Positions 8,771 to 16,689 of a stretch of 42,982 nt of DNA are shown piece after piece. The stretch's first letter is position 1; each line of letters starts with the position of its first letter. The notes under the pieces were generated by a model. That model did no database searches and was not told the DNA's origin. It saw only the letters and a list, made by a program, of their open reading frames with translations. Source of the DNA: a bacterium (lineage in GTDB: Bacteria; Pseudomonadota; Gammaproteobacteria; Burkholderiales; SG8-41); contig DAIDBG010000244.1 of assembly GCA_027310225.1 (NCBI GenBank), positions 1-42,982 on the forward strand, read 5' to 3'. The position numbers and the translations under genes are program-made.

Positions 8771-9256
8771 CTAGGCTTCCGCCATCCGGTTCGCGCGCGA
8801 CCGCCGCGCCGCAGCTTGCGCCTCACCCGGCCGGTGCGCAGCCTTGCCGCGCCCGCGGATCGCGGAGATGATCGGGCACGGCACGCACCCGGCGGCGAGC
8901 TCGCAATCGCGCATCAGCTTCTCCAGCACCGCGCGGATCCGCTCAAGGTCGGCGATCCTGGAAGAGACGTCCTCCAGCCGCCGCTGGGCGATCGCGCGGG
9001 CGCGCACATGGTCCACGCCGTCGCTCAGCGTGAGCAGCGTGGCGACGTCGTCGAGGGAAAAGCCGAGCGCCTGCGCGCGGCGGATGAACAGCAGGCGCTC
9101 TACGTAGTCGGGCGGATAGCCGCGCTGGCCGCCGAGGGGCCGCGCCGGGGTCCCGAGCAGCTTGCGCCTCTGGTAATAACGGATGGTCTCGACGCCCACC
9201 CCGGCCTGGCGGGCGAGCGTCCCGATGCGGAGGGGCCGCAAAGAGGTTTCAGGCAT
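8771..9256 (-). CDS. MerR-clade metalloregulator (Hg-MerR-like but His at the Cys82-equivalent position)
   Basis: GVGVETIRYYQRRKLL, ALGFSLDDVATLLTLSDGVDH and DCELAAGCVPCPIISAI align from memory to Tn501 MerR ([45 protein letters not shown]). Confidence 0.8.
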   Translation of the reverse strand: MPETSLRPLRIGTLARQAGVGVETIRYYQRRKLLGTPARPLGGQRGYPPDYVERLLFIRRAQALGFSLDDVATLLTLSDGVDHVRARAIAQRRLEDVSSRIADLERIRAVLEKLMRDCELAAGCVPCPIISAIRGRGKAAHRPGEAQAAARRSRANRMAEA

Positions 9257-9259
9257 AAC

Positions 9260-9291
9260 TTGACTCCGTACTTAGGTACGCTTTATATAAT
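9260..9291 (+). promoter_or_regulatory. mer-type promoter/operator: TTGACT, dyad CCGTAC-TTAG-GTACG, ATATAAT
   Basis: TTGACTCCGTACTTAGGTACGCTTTATATAAT compared with the remembered Tn501 merOP TTGACTCCGTACATGAGTACGGAAGTAAGGT. 19-20 bp spacer. The divergent merR-like ATG is 4 nt away. Confidence 0.7.
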
Positions 9292-9327
9292 GGCAGTGTT
9301 CCCATGAATTTTCAACAGGAGCGATGA

Positions 9328-9699
9328 ATGAGTGCGACCCGTAAACGCGATTCCCAGAACCACGCCTGCTGCGGCGGCGCAGCCCACGACGAGCACGCGC
9401 ACGCCGAGCCGGCCCCCGCCAAGCACGATCTTAAGCAGGAAGAGGCGCACGCCTGCTGCGGCGGCGGCGCAGCCCACGACGAGCACACGCACGCCGAGCC
9501 GGCCCCCGCCAAGCACGATCTTAAGCAGGAAGAGGCGCACGCCTGCTGCGGCGGCGGCGCAGCCCACGACGAGCACGCGCACACCGAGCCAGCCCCCGCC
9601 AAGCACGATCTTAAGCAGGAAGAGGCGCACGCCTGCTGCGGCGGCACAGCCCACGACGAGCACGCGCACGGCACAGCCGCACGGCGCACTTCACATTGA
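9328..9699 (+). CDS. tandem-repeat Cys/His-rich protein (4 units of HACCGG..HDEH.H), putative cytosolic metal binder
   Basis: AGGAG lies 6 nt upstream of ATG 9328. No signal peptide or TM helix. It is the first gene behind the mer-type promoter. Confidence 0.65.
   Translation: MSATRKRDSQNHACCGGAAHDEHAHAEPAPAKHDLKQEEAHACCGGGAAHDEHTHAEPAPAKHDLKQEEAHACCGGGAAHDEHAHTEPAPAKHDLKQEEAHACCGGTAHDEHAHGTAARRTSH
9361..9670 (+). repeat. direct tandem repeat, units of 87/90/90/43 nt, near-identical
   Basis: Units start at 9361, 9448, 9538 and 9628 (CACGCCTGCTGCGGCGGC...). In frame with CDS 9328..9699. Confidence 0.9.
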
Positions 9700-9720
9700 C
9701 ATGATTGGAAGCCACAGGCT
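9690..9720 (+). promoter_or_regulatory. CueR/MerR-type promoter (TTCACA, 19-bp spacer, CAGGCT) just upstream of copA
   Basis: Aligns without gaps to the sites at 27411 and 35284 (..ACATTG.CA.GAT.G.AAG.C..). Overlaps the stop codon of 9328..9699. Confidence 0.45.
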
Positions 9721-9730
9721 CTAGCCCACT

Positions 9731-12313
9731 ATGACCACCAGACAGATCACCCTGCCCGTCACCGGCATGACGTGCGCAAGCTGCGTATCGCATGTGGAAG
9801 GGGCGTTGAATAACCTTGCCGGCGTCGAGAAAGCGGCGGTGAATCTCGGCGCGGCGAAGGCGACTGTGGAATACGATCCGGCGCGCGCCTCGCCCGCGCA
9901 GATGTTTGCGGCCGTTGCGGACATCGGCTACGAGGTCGGCACCGCGCAGGCGACGTTGAGCGTATCGGGCATGAGCTGCGCGAGCTGCGTGGCGCACGTC
10001 GAAGGCGCGCTCAACGGGCTCGACGGCGTCACGAAAGCGGTGGTCAGCCTCGCGCTGAACACGGCCAGGGTCGAATACGTGCCGACGCTCGTCACGGTGG
10101 CGCAGATGAAGCGCGCGATCGGCGATGCGGGCTACGAGGCAGCCGAACCGGCTGCCGGCGTGTCGGCGATGGATCGCGAGCGGGAGGCGCGGCAGAAGGA
10201 GATCCGCCGCCAGGGGATGTATCTCCTGTTTGCCACACCGATTGCGCTCGCCGTGATGATCGGCACCTTTTACGAGTACCTGGCGCCAGCCTTCAGGCAG
10301 TTCATTCCCGCCCTGCTCGCCGAGAAATGGCTGCTCGGGGTGCTGACCACGCCCATCGTCTTCGGACCGGGGCGGCAGTTCTTCGTGAACAGCTTCCGCG
10401 GCCTGCGCCACGGCGTCACCGACATGAACCTGCTCTACGCGACGGGGATCGGCGCGGCGTACTTCATCGCCGTCATCAACACGCTGTGGCCCGACGCCGG
10501 GTTCGGTGGCAAGGGAGCGACCTTCTTCGAGTCCGCCGCGCTGCTCACGTGGTTCATCGTCCTCGGTCGCTACCTTGAGGCGCTGACGCGCGGGCGCACG
10601 AGCGATGCAATTCGCAAGCTGATGAGTCTGCAGCCCAAGACCGCGCGCGTGATGCGCAACGGGAACGAGATCGAAATCCCCGCCGACGAAGTGCTGGTCG
10701 AGGACCTGATCCGGGTGCGGCCGGGCGAGCGCATCCCGGTGGACGGCCTGCTCAAAGACGGCTACAGCGCGGTGGACGAGTCCATGCTGACGGGCGAGTC
10801 GCTTCCGGTCGAAAAGAAGGCGGGCGATACCGTCATCGGTGGGACCATGAACAAGACGGGCGCGTTCAGCTTCGTCGCGACCAAAGTGGGCGCCGACACG
10901 GCGCTCGCGCAAATCATCCGGCTGGTCGAGGACGCGCAGGCGTCCAAGGCGCCGATCCAGAAGCTCGCGGACTGGGTAGCGGGGCACTTCATTCTCGGGG
11001 TGCACCTGCTGGCGATCCTGGTGTTCGCGTTCTGGTTCTTCTTCGGTTATCAGATGTTCTTCGACCCGGACACGAGCTTCATTCTCTCGCCGGCGAAGCT
11101 CTCGGAGATCGGCGTGTTCGGTTTCTCGCTGCTCCTTTCGGTGACGGTGCTCATCATCTCGTGCCCGTGCGCGGTGGGGCTCGCGACCCCGAGTGCGATC
11201 ATGGCGGGCACGGGCAAGGTCGCCGAGCACGGGGTGCTGTTCAAGAACGCGGAGGCCATCGAGAACGCAGCAAAATTGCAGACGATCGTGTTCGACAAGA
11301 CCGGAACGATCTCGAAAGGCGAGGCGTCGGTGACCGATGTGGTGGTGGGCGGCGAAGCTCACGACTCGAAATCGGTGCTGCGGCTCGCCGCGATCGCCGA
11401 GAAGAACAGCGAGCATCCGCTGGGCGAGGCGATTGTGCGCGGCGCGAAAGAGCGCGGGCTGGAGGTTCCCGACGCCGAAGCATTCGACTCGATTCCCGGC
11501 CACGGCGTCGAGGCGCGCGTGGACGGGCGCGAGGTGCTGCTGGGCAATCGCAAGCTGATGGCCGCGCGCGGCGTGGACCTCGCGGGGCTGCTCGCCAAAG
11601 CCGAGGAGCTGGAGCGCGACGGCAAGACGGTGATGTTCGTGGCGGTGGACAACGCCCCGGCGGGCTTCATCGCGGTCGCGGACACGCTCAAGGACTACTC
11701 CGTCGAGGCGATCCGCACGCTGCACGCGCTCGGGATCGAGACCGCCATGATCACGGGCGACAACCGGCGCACGGCCGAGGCGATCGCCAGGCAGGTCGGG
11801 ATTGACCGCGTGTTCGCGGAGGTGTTGCCGCAGGACAAGGCCGCCGAAGTGAAGAAGTTGCAGGCGGCCGGCCGGCGCGTGGCGATGGTCGGGGACGGGG
11901 TGAACGACGCGCCCGCGCTCGCTCAGGCCGATGTCGGCATGGCGATCGGCTCGGGCACCGACGTGGCGAAGGAAACGGGGCATGTCATCCTCATCAAGGA
12001 CGACCTGCGCGACGTGGTGGTCGCGATCGAGGTGGCGAAGGCCACCATGCGCAAGGTGAAGGAGAATCTGTTCTGGGCGTTCATCTACAACACGCTCGGC
12101 ATCCCGCTTGGCGCGGGGCTGTTCTACCCGCTGTTTCGCGTCATCATCAGCCCCGAGCTGGCGGCGGCGCTGATGGCGATCAGTTCGCTCACGGTGACCT
12201 TCAACACCTTGTTCCTGCGCAGGTTCGTGCCGTCGCTGCGGCGCGGCGCGCGCGGCACGGGCGGACCCGAAGCACCGCGCGCGCCCGTGCTGGTGTCTTC
12301 GGCGGCGAAGTGA
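9731..12313 (+). CDS. copA: Cu(I)-translocating P1B-type ATPase with two HMA domains
   Basis: GMTCASC and GMSCASC, CPC ([11 protein letters not shown]), [13 protein letters not shown], plus TM5/6 YN and MAISS (P1B-1 pattern). Confidence 0.92.
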   Translation: MTTRQITLPVTGMTCASCVSHVEGALNNLAGVEKAAVNLGAAKATVEYDPARASPAQMFAAVADIGYEVGTAQATLSVSGMSCASCVAHVEGALNGLDGVTKAVVSLALNTARVEYVPTLVTVAQMKRAIGDAGYEAAEPAAGVSAMDREREARQKEIRRQGMYLLFATPIALAVMIGTFYEYLAPAFRQFIPALLAEKWLLGVLTTPIVFGPGRQFFVNSFRGLRHGVTDMNLLYATGIGAAYFIAVINTLWPDAGFGGKGATFFESAALLTWFIVLGRYLEALTRGRTSDAIRKLMSLQPKTARVMRNGNEIEIPADEVLVEDLIRVRPGERIPVDGLLKDGYSAVDESMLTGESLPVEKKAGDTVIGGTMNKTGAFSFVATKVGADTALAQIIRLVEDAQASKAPIQKLADWVAGHFILGVHLLAILVFAFWFFFGYQMFFDPDTSFILSPAKLSEIGVFGFSLLLSVTVLIISCPCAVGLATPSAIMAGTGKVAEHGVLFKNAEAIENAAKLQTIVFDKTGTISKGEASVTDVVVGGEAHDSKSVLRLAAIAEKNSEHPLGEAIVRGAKERGLEVPDAEAFDSIPGHGVEARVDGREVLLGNRKLMAARGVDLAGLLAKAEELERDGKTVMFVAVDNAPAGFIAVADTLKDYSVEAIRTLHALGIETAMITGDNRRTAEAIARQVGIDRVFAEVLPQDKAAEVKKLQAAGRRVAMVGDGVNDAPALAQADVGMAIGSGTDVAKETGHVILIKDDLRDVVVAIEVAKATMRKVKENLFWAFIYNTLGIPLGAGLFYPLFRVIISPELAAALMAISSLTVTFNTLFLRRFVPSLRRGARGTGGPEAPRAPVLVSSAAK

Positions 12314-12325
12314 AGAGGTGCTGAA

Positions 12326-12544
12326 ATGGATCTGGACAGGAAAATCGCATTGACCAGCGCGGCGATCTACAGCGCGCTCTCGCTGACGGCGAGCGCATCG
12401 TTCTTCGTCGCCGCCACCGTCACGGGAGATTACACGGCGGTCGCGCGGATTGGCGGCGCGCTGTGGGTGCTGCTGCTGTCGTATATCGTGACGATGCCGC
12501 CGGTCATCTCGGCGGTGAAAAAGCGGATGAAAGCAACCCAATGA
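12326..12544 (+). CDS. small 2-TM membrane protein
   Basis: 72-aa ORF 12 nt after the copA stop. Two hydrophobic helices. Weak RBS AGAGGTG. Confidence 0.45.
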   Translation: MDLDRKIALTSAAIYSALSLTASASFFVAATVTGDYTAVARIGGALWVLLLSYIVTMPPVISAVKKRMKATQ

Positions 12545-12649
12545 GCGGCGCAGGCCTCAAGAGGAAGCACGTCTTTAGGTTCGCGGATGCCGCGCCTGCG
12601 GCATCCACGATGGAAGCGGCGTTTTGAACGACCAACCTGGAGGTGAAAC

Positions 12650-12826
12650 ATGGCAATTGATCCTGTATGCAAGATGAACGTGGAGCCGGCCAAGGCGGCG
12701 GCAAAGGCGGAGCACGCGGGGCAGACCTACTACTTCTGCTCTACGGCTTGCCACAAGACATTCACCGCACAACCGGGAAAATATGTGGGCGGCGCCCCGG
12801 GCGGTGGGACGCACTCCCACCACTAG
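12650..12826 (+). CDS. YHS/TRASH-type small metal-binding protein (58 aa, absent from ORF track)
   Basis: GGAGGTG RBS. MAIDPVCKMNVEPAKAAAKAEHAGQTYYFCSTACHKTFTAQPGKYVGGAPGGGTHSHH. Paralog of 26145..26339. Confidence 0.75.
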   Translation: MAIDPVCKMNVEPAKAAAKAEHAGQTYYFCSTACHKTFTAQPGKYVGGAPGGGTHSHH

Positions 12827-12858
12827 GAGTTTGTCGGGCCAGGGCCCGACACGCTCCC

Positions 12859-12896
12859 GGCAGCCTGTGCGGGCTGAACAGTCCGCACAGGCTGCC
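12859..12896. repeat. 14-bp perfect hairpin GGCAGCCTGTGCGG-N10-CCGCACAGGCTGCC (REP-like or terminator)
   Basis: Preceded by a second hairpin, GTCGGGCC-AGG-GCCCGAC. Same CAGCCTG/CAGGCTG core as at 973..1054 and 14116..14152. Confidence 0.55.
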
Positions 12897-12926
12897 AGCA
12901 GCAAAACTGCCTGCCCAGGATGACCC

Positions 12927-13541
12927 ATGCGCATCGCATCCAGGCCGTCCGCCTCCCAGCCGTGGTACCTGCGCCCGTTTTTCTGGATCAACGCCGCGCT
13001 CGGCGTTCCCGCCCGGGGAACCGGACCGCGGCGGAGCGCCGCTGCCCGGGGGCTGGCCGGGGCGGCGGCCGTCGCGGGGCTGCTGCTCGCGGGCGTGGCG
13101 TCCGCGGCGCACCCCCTTCGGCCGCAGACAGCGGACGGCATGGAAGTCTTTCTCGGGGTGATCCCCGCGGAAATCATGCTCGGCCATCCCGCCGGGCACC
13201 CCGAGCGGAGCCCGCACGGCAGCGTGCCGGCGTGGGGCGAGCAATACCATCTGGTCGTTTCACTGTTCGACCGTGCCAGCGGAGAGCGCATTCGCGACGC
13301 CGAAGTCAGCGCCACGGTGTCCGACGTGCGTCTGCCGGGCAAGCGCCTGGCGGGACCGCAAAAGCGGCTGGAACCGATGCTGCTCGACGGCGCGGTGGGC
13401 TACGGCAACTACTTCAACATGCCGGGCAGCGCCGCCTCGTACCGCATCGAGCTGGAAATTCGGCGCGGAGGCGCAGCACGCGCCGCCAAGGTAACATTCA
13501 ACTACGAGCATGTCGTGGTCCCCACGAAACCGCGGCCGTGA
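12927..13541 (+). CDS. secreted protein, possibly P19/FetP-like periplasmic metal-binding fold
   Basis: Long N-region with RRSAAARGLAG. GMEVFLGVIPAEIM, HLVVSLFD, YGNYFNM and YRIELEI resemble the remembered P19 layout. Paralog of the next gene. Confidence 0.55.
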   Translation: MRIASRPSASQPWYLRPFFWINAALGVPARGTGPRRSAAARGLAGAAAVAGLLLAGVASAAHPLRPQTADGMEVFLGVIPAEIMLGHPAGHPERSPHGSVPAWGEQYHLVVSLFDRASGERIRDAEVSATVSDVRLPGKRLAGPQKRLEPMLLDGAVGYGNYFNMPGSAASYRIELEIRRGGAARAAKVTFNYEHVVVPTKPRP

Positions 13542-13572
13542 ACCCGTTCCGATCCCATCCAAGGAGAGCATC

Positions 13573-14055
13573 GTGAATACCGGTTTTTTCCGAACACGCT
13601 TGATGCTGGCGGGTTTGACGCTGGTCGTCACAGCGCTCGCCGGCGCGGGCGCGGCCGTCGCCGCGGATTATTACAAGACCGCCGGCGGCCTCCAGATATA
13701 CCTGGGTGTGCTGCCGGCCGCAATGGTGCAGGAACACTCGCCGGAACACGTCGAAGGCAGGATGCACGGCGGCGTCCCGTCCGCCGGGAAACAGCATCAC
13801 GTGTTCATCGCCATTTTCGACACGAAGGACGGCAACCGCGTCAACGAGGCCGCAGTGACGGCCCGCGTGGCCGAGATCGGGCTCGCGCCGGTCGAGAAGA
13901 AACTCAATCCCATGGCCATCAACAAGACGATTTCGTACGGCAATTACTTCCCGATGGGCGCTCCCGGTCCGTACCGCATCGAGGTCGAGATCCTCCGGCC
14001 AGGCTCGGCCGGTCCGGTGAAGACCAGCTTCGACTATTCACACCCCCAGCGGTAA
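13573..14055 (+). CDS. secreted paralog of 12927..13541 (P19/FetP-like?)
   Basis: GTG 13573 follows AAGGAGA, in frame in track ORF 13510..14055. Signal peptide. LQIYLGVLPAAMV, HHVFIAIFD, YGNYFPM, YRIEVEI. Confidence 0.6.
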   Translation: MNTGFFRTRLMLAGLTLVVTALAGAGAAVAADYYKTAGGLQIYLGVLPAAMVQEHSPEHVEGRMHGGVPSAGKQHHVFIAIFDTKDGNRVNEAAVTARVAEIGLAPVEKKLNPMAINKTISYGNYFPMGAPGPYRIEVEILRPGSAGPVKTSFDYSHPQR

Positions 14056-14115
14056 CTCATTCACCGCTCACGCAAACACATGAACCTGGAAAAATTGTCG
14101 GCCGGTTTTGCTGTC

Positions 14116-14152
14116 AGCAGCCTGGGCGGGTCGTCAAGTCCGGCAGGCTGCT
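14116..14152. repeat. hairpin AGCAGCCTG-N19-CAGGCTGCT abutting the degP RBS
   Basis: 9-bp stem. The right arm plus RBS (CAGGCTGCTAGGGAGAG) matches 1048..1064. Confidence 0.45.
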
Positions 14153-14166
14153 AGGGAGAGATCATC

Positions 14167-15312
14167 ATGCGCAAGCTGTGGCTGGGTTTTGCCCAGGTAG
14201 CGACCATCCTGTTCGCGGCGCTCTACCTGGTTTCGCTGTTCCGCGCGGAGCCCCCGCTCCCGCGCGGCGAAGTCGTCACGGTAAAGGAGGAAGCCGCTCT
14301 GCCCGTGCCCGTGTCCGCGCCGGGCGCGGCCGCCAGCTACAGCGGCGCGGCAAAGAAAGCCATGCCGGCGGTGGTCAACATCTACACCACCAAGCAGGTC
14401 GCGCGCCGGCTTTCGCCGGAAGAGGAGCTGCTGCGCCGGTTCTACGGCGATCAGTTCAACAACCGGCCCGAGGCGGCGATGAGCTTGGGCTCCGGCGTCA
14501 TCGTGAGCGCGAACGGCTACGTGCTGACGAACAACCACGTGATCGAGGGCGCGGACGAAATCGCGGTGGTGGTCCCGGGCCGCGAACCGGTCGGCGCGCG
14601 CGTGGTGGGAACCGACCCGGAAACCGATCTCGCCGTGCTCAAGGTCCAGGCTGAAAAACTGCCGACCATCACCTTCGGCAACCCGGACCGGCTGCAGGTG
14701 GGTGACGTGGTGCTCGCCATCGGCAACCCGTTCGGCGTCGGCCAGACGGTCACCCAGGGCATCGTCAGCGCCACCGGCCGCACCCGGCTCGGCATCAGCA
14801 CCTTCGAGAACTTCATCCAGACCGACGCCGCCATCAATCCCGGCAACTCGGGCGGCGCGCTGGTGGACACGAACGGCGACCTGGTCGGAGTCAATACCGC
14901 GATCTTTTCCAAAACCGAGGGTTCGGTCGGCATCGGTTTCGCCGTTCCGGTCAGTCTCGCGAAGCAGGTCATGGAACAGATCATCAGGCAGGGCCGTGTC
15001 GAACGCGGCTGGATCGGCGTGCAGGCACAGGATATTGCGCCGGAGGCCGCGGACTCCGGCAGGCGCGGCCCGGTCAAGGGCGCCCTCATCGCCGGCGTGA
15101 TGCGGGGGGCACCGGCCGAGAAAGCGGGACTCAGACGCGGGGATATCGTCGTGGCGATCAACGGCAAGCCGATCGCCGACGTGACCGACCTCATCAACCT
15201 GACCGCGGCACTGAAGCCGGGGGAGCGCGGCGAATTCACCGTGCTGCGGGAAGGGCGGGAAGCAAAGCTCACCATGGAGGCCGGGACACGGCCGCGGCAG
15301 CCCCGGCCCTGA
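14167..15312 (+). CDS. DegP/HtrA-family periplasmic serine protease (single PDZ, DegS/AlgW-like)
   Basis: N-terminal TM helix. Catalytic-triad blocks TNNHVIEGAD, DLAVLKV and GNSGGALV. One PDZ domain. Confidence 0.88.
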   Translation: MRKLWLGFAQVATILFAALYLVSLFRAEPPLPRGEVVTVKEEAALPVPVSAPGAAASYSGAAKKAMPAVVNIYTTKQVARRLSPEEELLRRFYGDQFNNRPEAAMSLGSGVIVSANGYVLTNNHVIEGADEIAVVVPGREPVGARVVGTDPETDLAVLKVQAEKLPTITFGNPDRLQVGDVVLAIGNPFGVGQTVTQGIVSATGRTRLGISTFENFIQTDAAINPGNSGGALVDTNGDLVGVNTAIFSKTEGSVGIGFAVPVSLAKQVMEQIIRQGRVERGWIGVQAQDIAPEAADSGRRGPVKGALIAGVMRGAPAEKAGLRRGDIVVAINGKPIADVTDLINLTAALKPGERGEFTVLREGREAKLTMEAGTRPRQPRP

Positions 15313-15338
15313 GCGCGCACGCGGCACGGAGAATGCGG

Positions 15339-16676
15339 ATGAAGAACGATCTCACCGGTTCCGGGCTCGCGGACCGGAAACCGTCGCCCGCGGCCGCCAT
15401 CGTGCGCAGCCTGTTTCAAGGCTGCGACGGAAATCTCGAAGTCCGTCTGTGGGACGGCGCCACCTTCCGGTTCGGAGCCCGGCCACCGGAAGCTGCGCTG
15501 GTCTTTCACCATCCCCGTCCTTTGCGCGAAGCCGTCCTGTCGGGGGATCCGCTGCGGCTCCTGGACGCTCATTTTCGCGGCCTCATTGACATCGAGGGCG
15601 ATATTTACGCGGCGCTGAGGCTGGAGCGGCATTTCGAATCGCTGAAACTGTCCCCCTTCGGGAAACTGTCAATACTCATCCAGGCCCTCCTGCAACCCGA
15701 TCCGGCCTTCCCTGAGGACGGACGGCAACGCCCTGCACCGGCGCCGCGCTCCCTGCGCCGGAGGTGGTTCGGGACGAGCACGAAAAACGACAACCGGAAC
15801 GCCATCGCATTCCATTACGACGTCTCCAACGATTTCTACCGTCTGTGGCTCGACCGGAACATGGTGTACTCGTGCGCCTATTTCGAGAGCGCCGGGGATG
15901 ACCTGGATGAGGCCCAGCGCAACAAGCTGGACCATCTCTGCCGCAAGCTGCGGCTGAAGCCCGGCGAGCGCCTGCTCGACATCGGCTGCGGCTGGGGCGC
16001 GCTCATCTGCCGGGCGGCCGGGCACTACGGCGTGCGCGCCCACGGCATCACCCTGAGCCGCAACCAGTATGAATACGCCCGGCAGGCGATCCGGGAACAA
16101 GGGCTGGAAGAGCGCGCGACGGTGGAGCTCCGGGACTACCGCGATTTCCGGGACAACGCCCCCTTCGACAAGATCGTCAGCGTCGGCATGTTCGAGCACG
16201 TCGGGCTGAAGAACCTCCCGCTTTATTTCGGCACCGCCCACCGCCTGCTCCGGCCCGGCGGCCTGTTCCTGAACCACGGGATCACCCATGATCGGGAAGG
16301 CTGGCGGGAAACCCCGTCCACCCGCTTCATCAACCGCTACGTGTTTCCCGACGGCGAGCTCGACACGATCGGCAACGTGCAGCGCGTCATGGAACGGTGC
16401 GGGTTCGAAATCCACGATGTCGAGGGACTGCGGCCCCATTACGCCCTCACCCTCAGGCACTGGGTGCGGCGGCTGGAGCAGCGCCGGCAGGAAGCGCTGC
16501 GCTACGTGCCGGAAAACGTGTACCGGGTATGGCGCCTGTACATGGCTGTCTGCGCCCTGCACTTCGAGGACGGCGACATCGGCGTCTATCAGATCCTCGC
16601 CTCGAAGCGGACCCCCGGCGCCCGGCCGGTTCCACTGACCCGCCGCGACCTCTACGACCGCCCGGTTTCCGCCTGA
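15339..16676 (+). CDS. cfa: cyclopropane-fatty-acyl-phospholipid synthase family methyltransferase
   Basis: HYDVSNDFYRLWLD..MVYSCAYF and LLDIGCGWGAL. ATG 15339 has better spacing to GGAGA than ATG 15333. Confidence 0.85.
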   Translation: MKNDLTGSGLADRKPSPAAAIVRSLFQGCDGNLEVRLWDGATFRFGARPPEAALVFHHPRPLREAVLSGDPLRLLDAHFRGLIDIEGDIYAALRLERHFESLKLSPFGKLSILIQALLQPDPAFPEDGRQRPAPAPRSLRRRWFGTSTKNDNRNAIAFHYDVSNDFYRLWLDRNMVYSCAYFESAGDDLDEAQRNKLDHLCRKLRLKPGERLLDIGCGWGALICRAAGHYGVRAHGITLSRNQYEYARQAIREQGLEERATVELRDYRDFRDNAPFDKIVSVGMFEHVGLKNLPLYFGTAHRLLRPGGLFLNHGITHDREGWRETPSTRFINRYVFPDGELDTIGNVQRVMERCGFEIHDVEGLRPHYALTLRHWVRRLEQRRQEALRYVPENVYRVWRLYMAVCALHFEDGDIGVYQILASKRTPGARPVPLTRRDLYDRPVSA

Positions 16677-16689
16677 CGGGCAAAGGCCC

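Noticed and set aside
9361-9670. The 90-nt direct repeats considered as a possible CRISPR array or minisatellite.
   Set aside because: The units are contiguous with no unique spacers. They are in frame with an RBS-preceded ORF and encode a coherent Cys/His motif, and no cas genes are present.
8771-12313. A mercury resistance (mer) operon, suggested by the MerR-like regulator and the mer-type operator.
   Set aside because: No merT, merP, merC or merA is present. The downstream pump has Cu(I)-type TM signatures (CPC, YN, MxxSS), and the regulator lacks the Cys82 equivalent.
9611-12541. 976-aa ORF antisense to copA1. Similar long antisense ORFs occur at 19622..22555, 39720..41750, 37063..37863 and 29401..30744.
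   Set aside because: The translations are Arg/Gly/His-rich and low-complexity, with no recognisable motifs. They mirror strongly supported genes on the opposite strand, which is the typical GC-rich shadow-ORF pattern.
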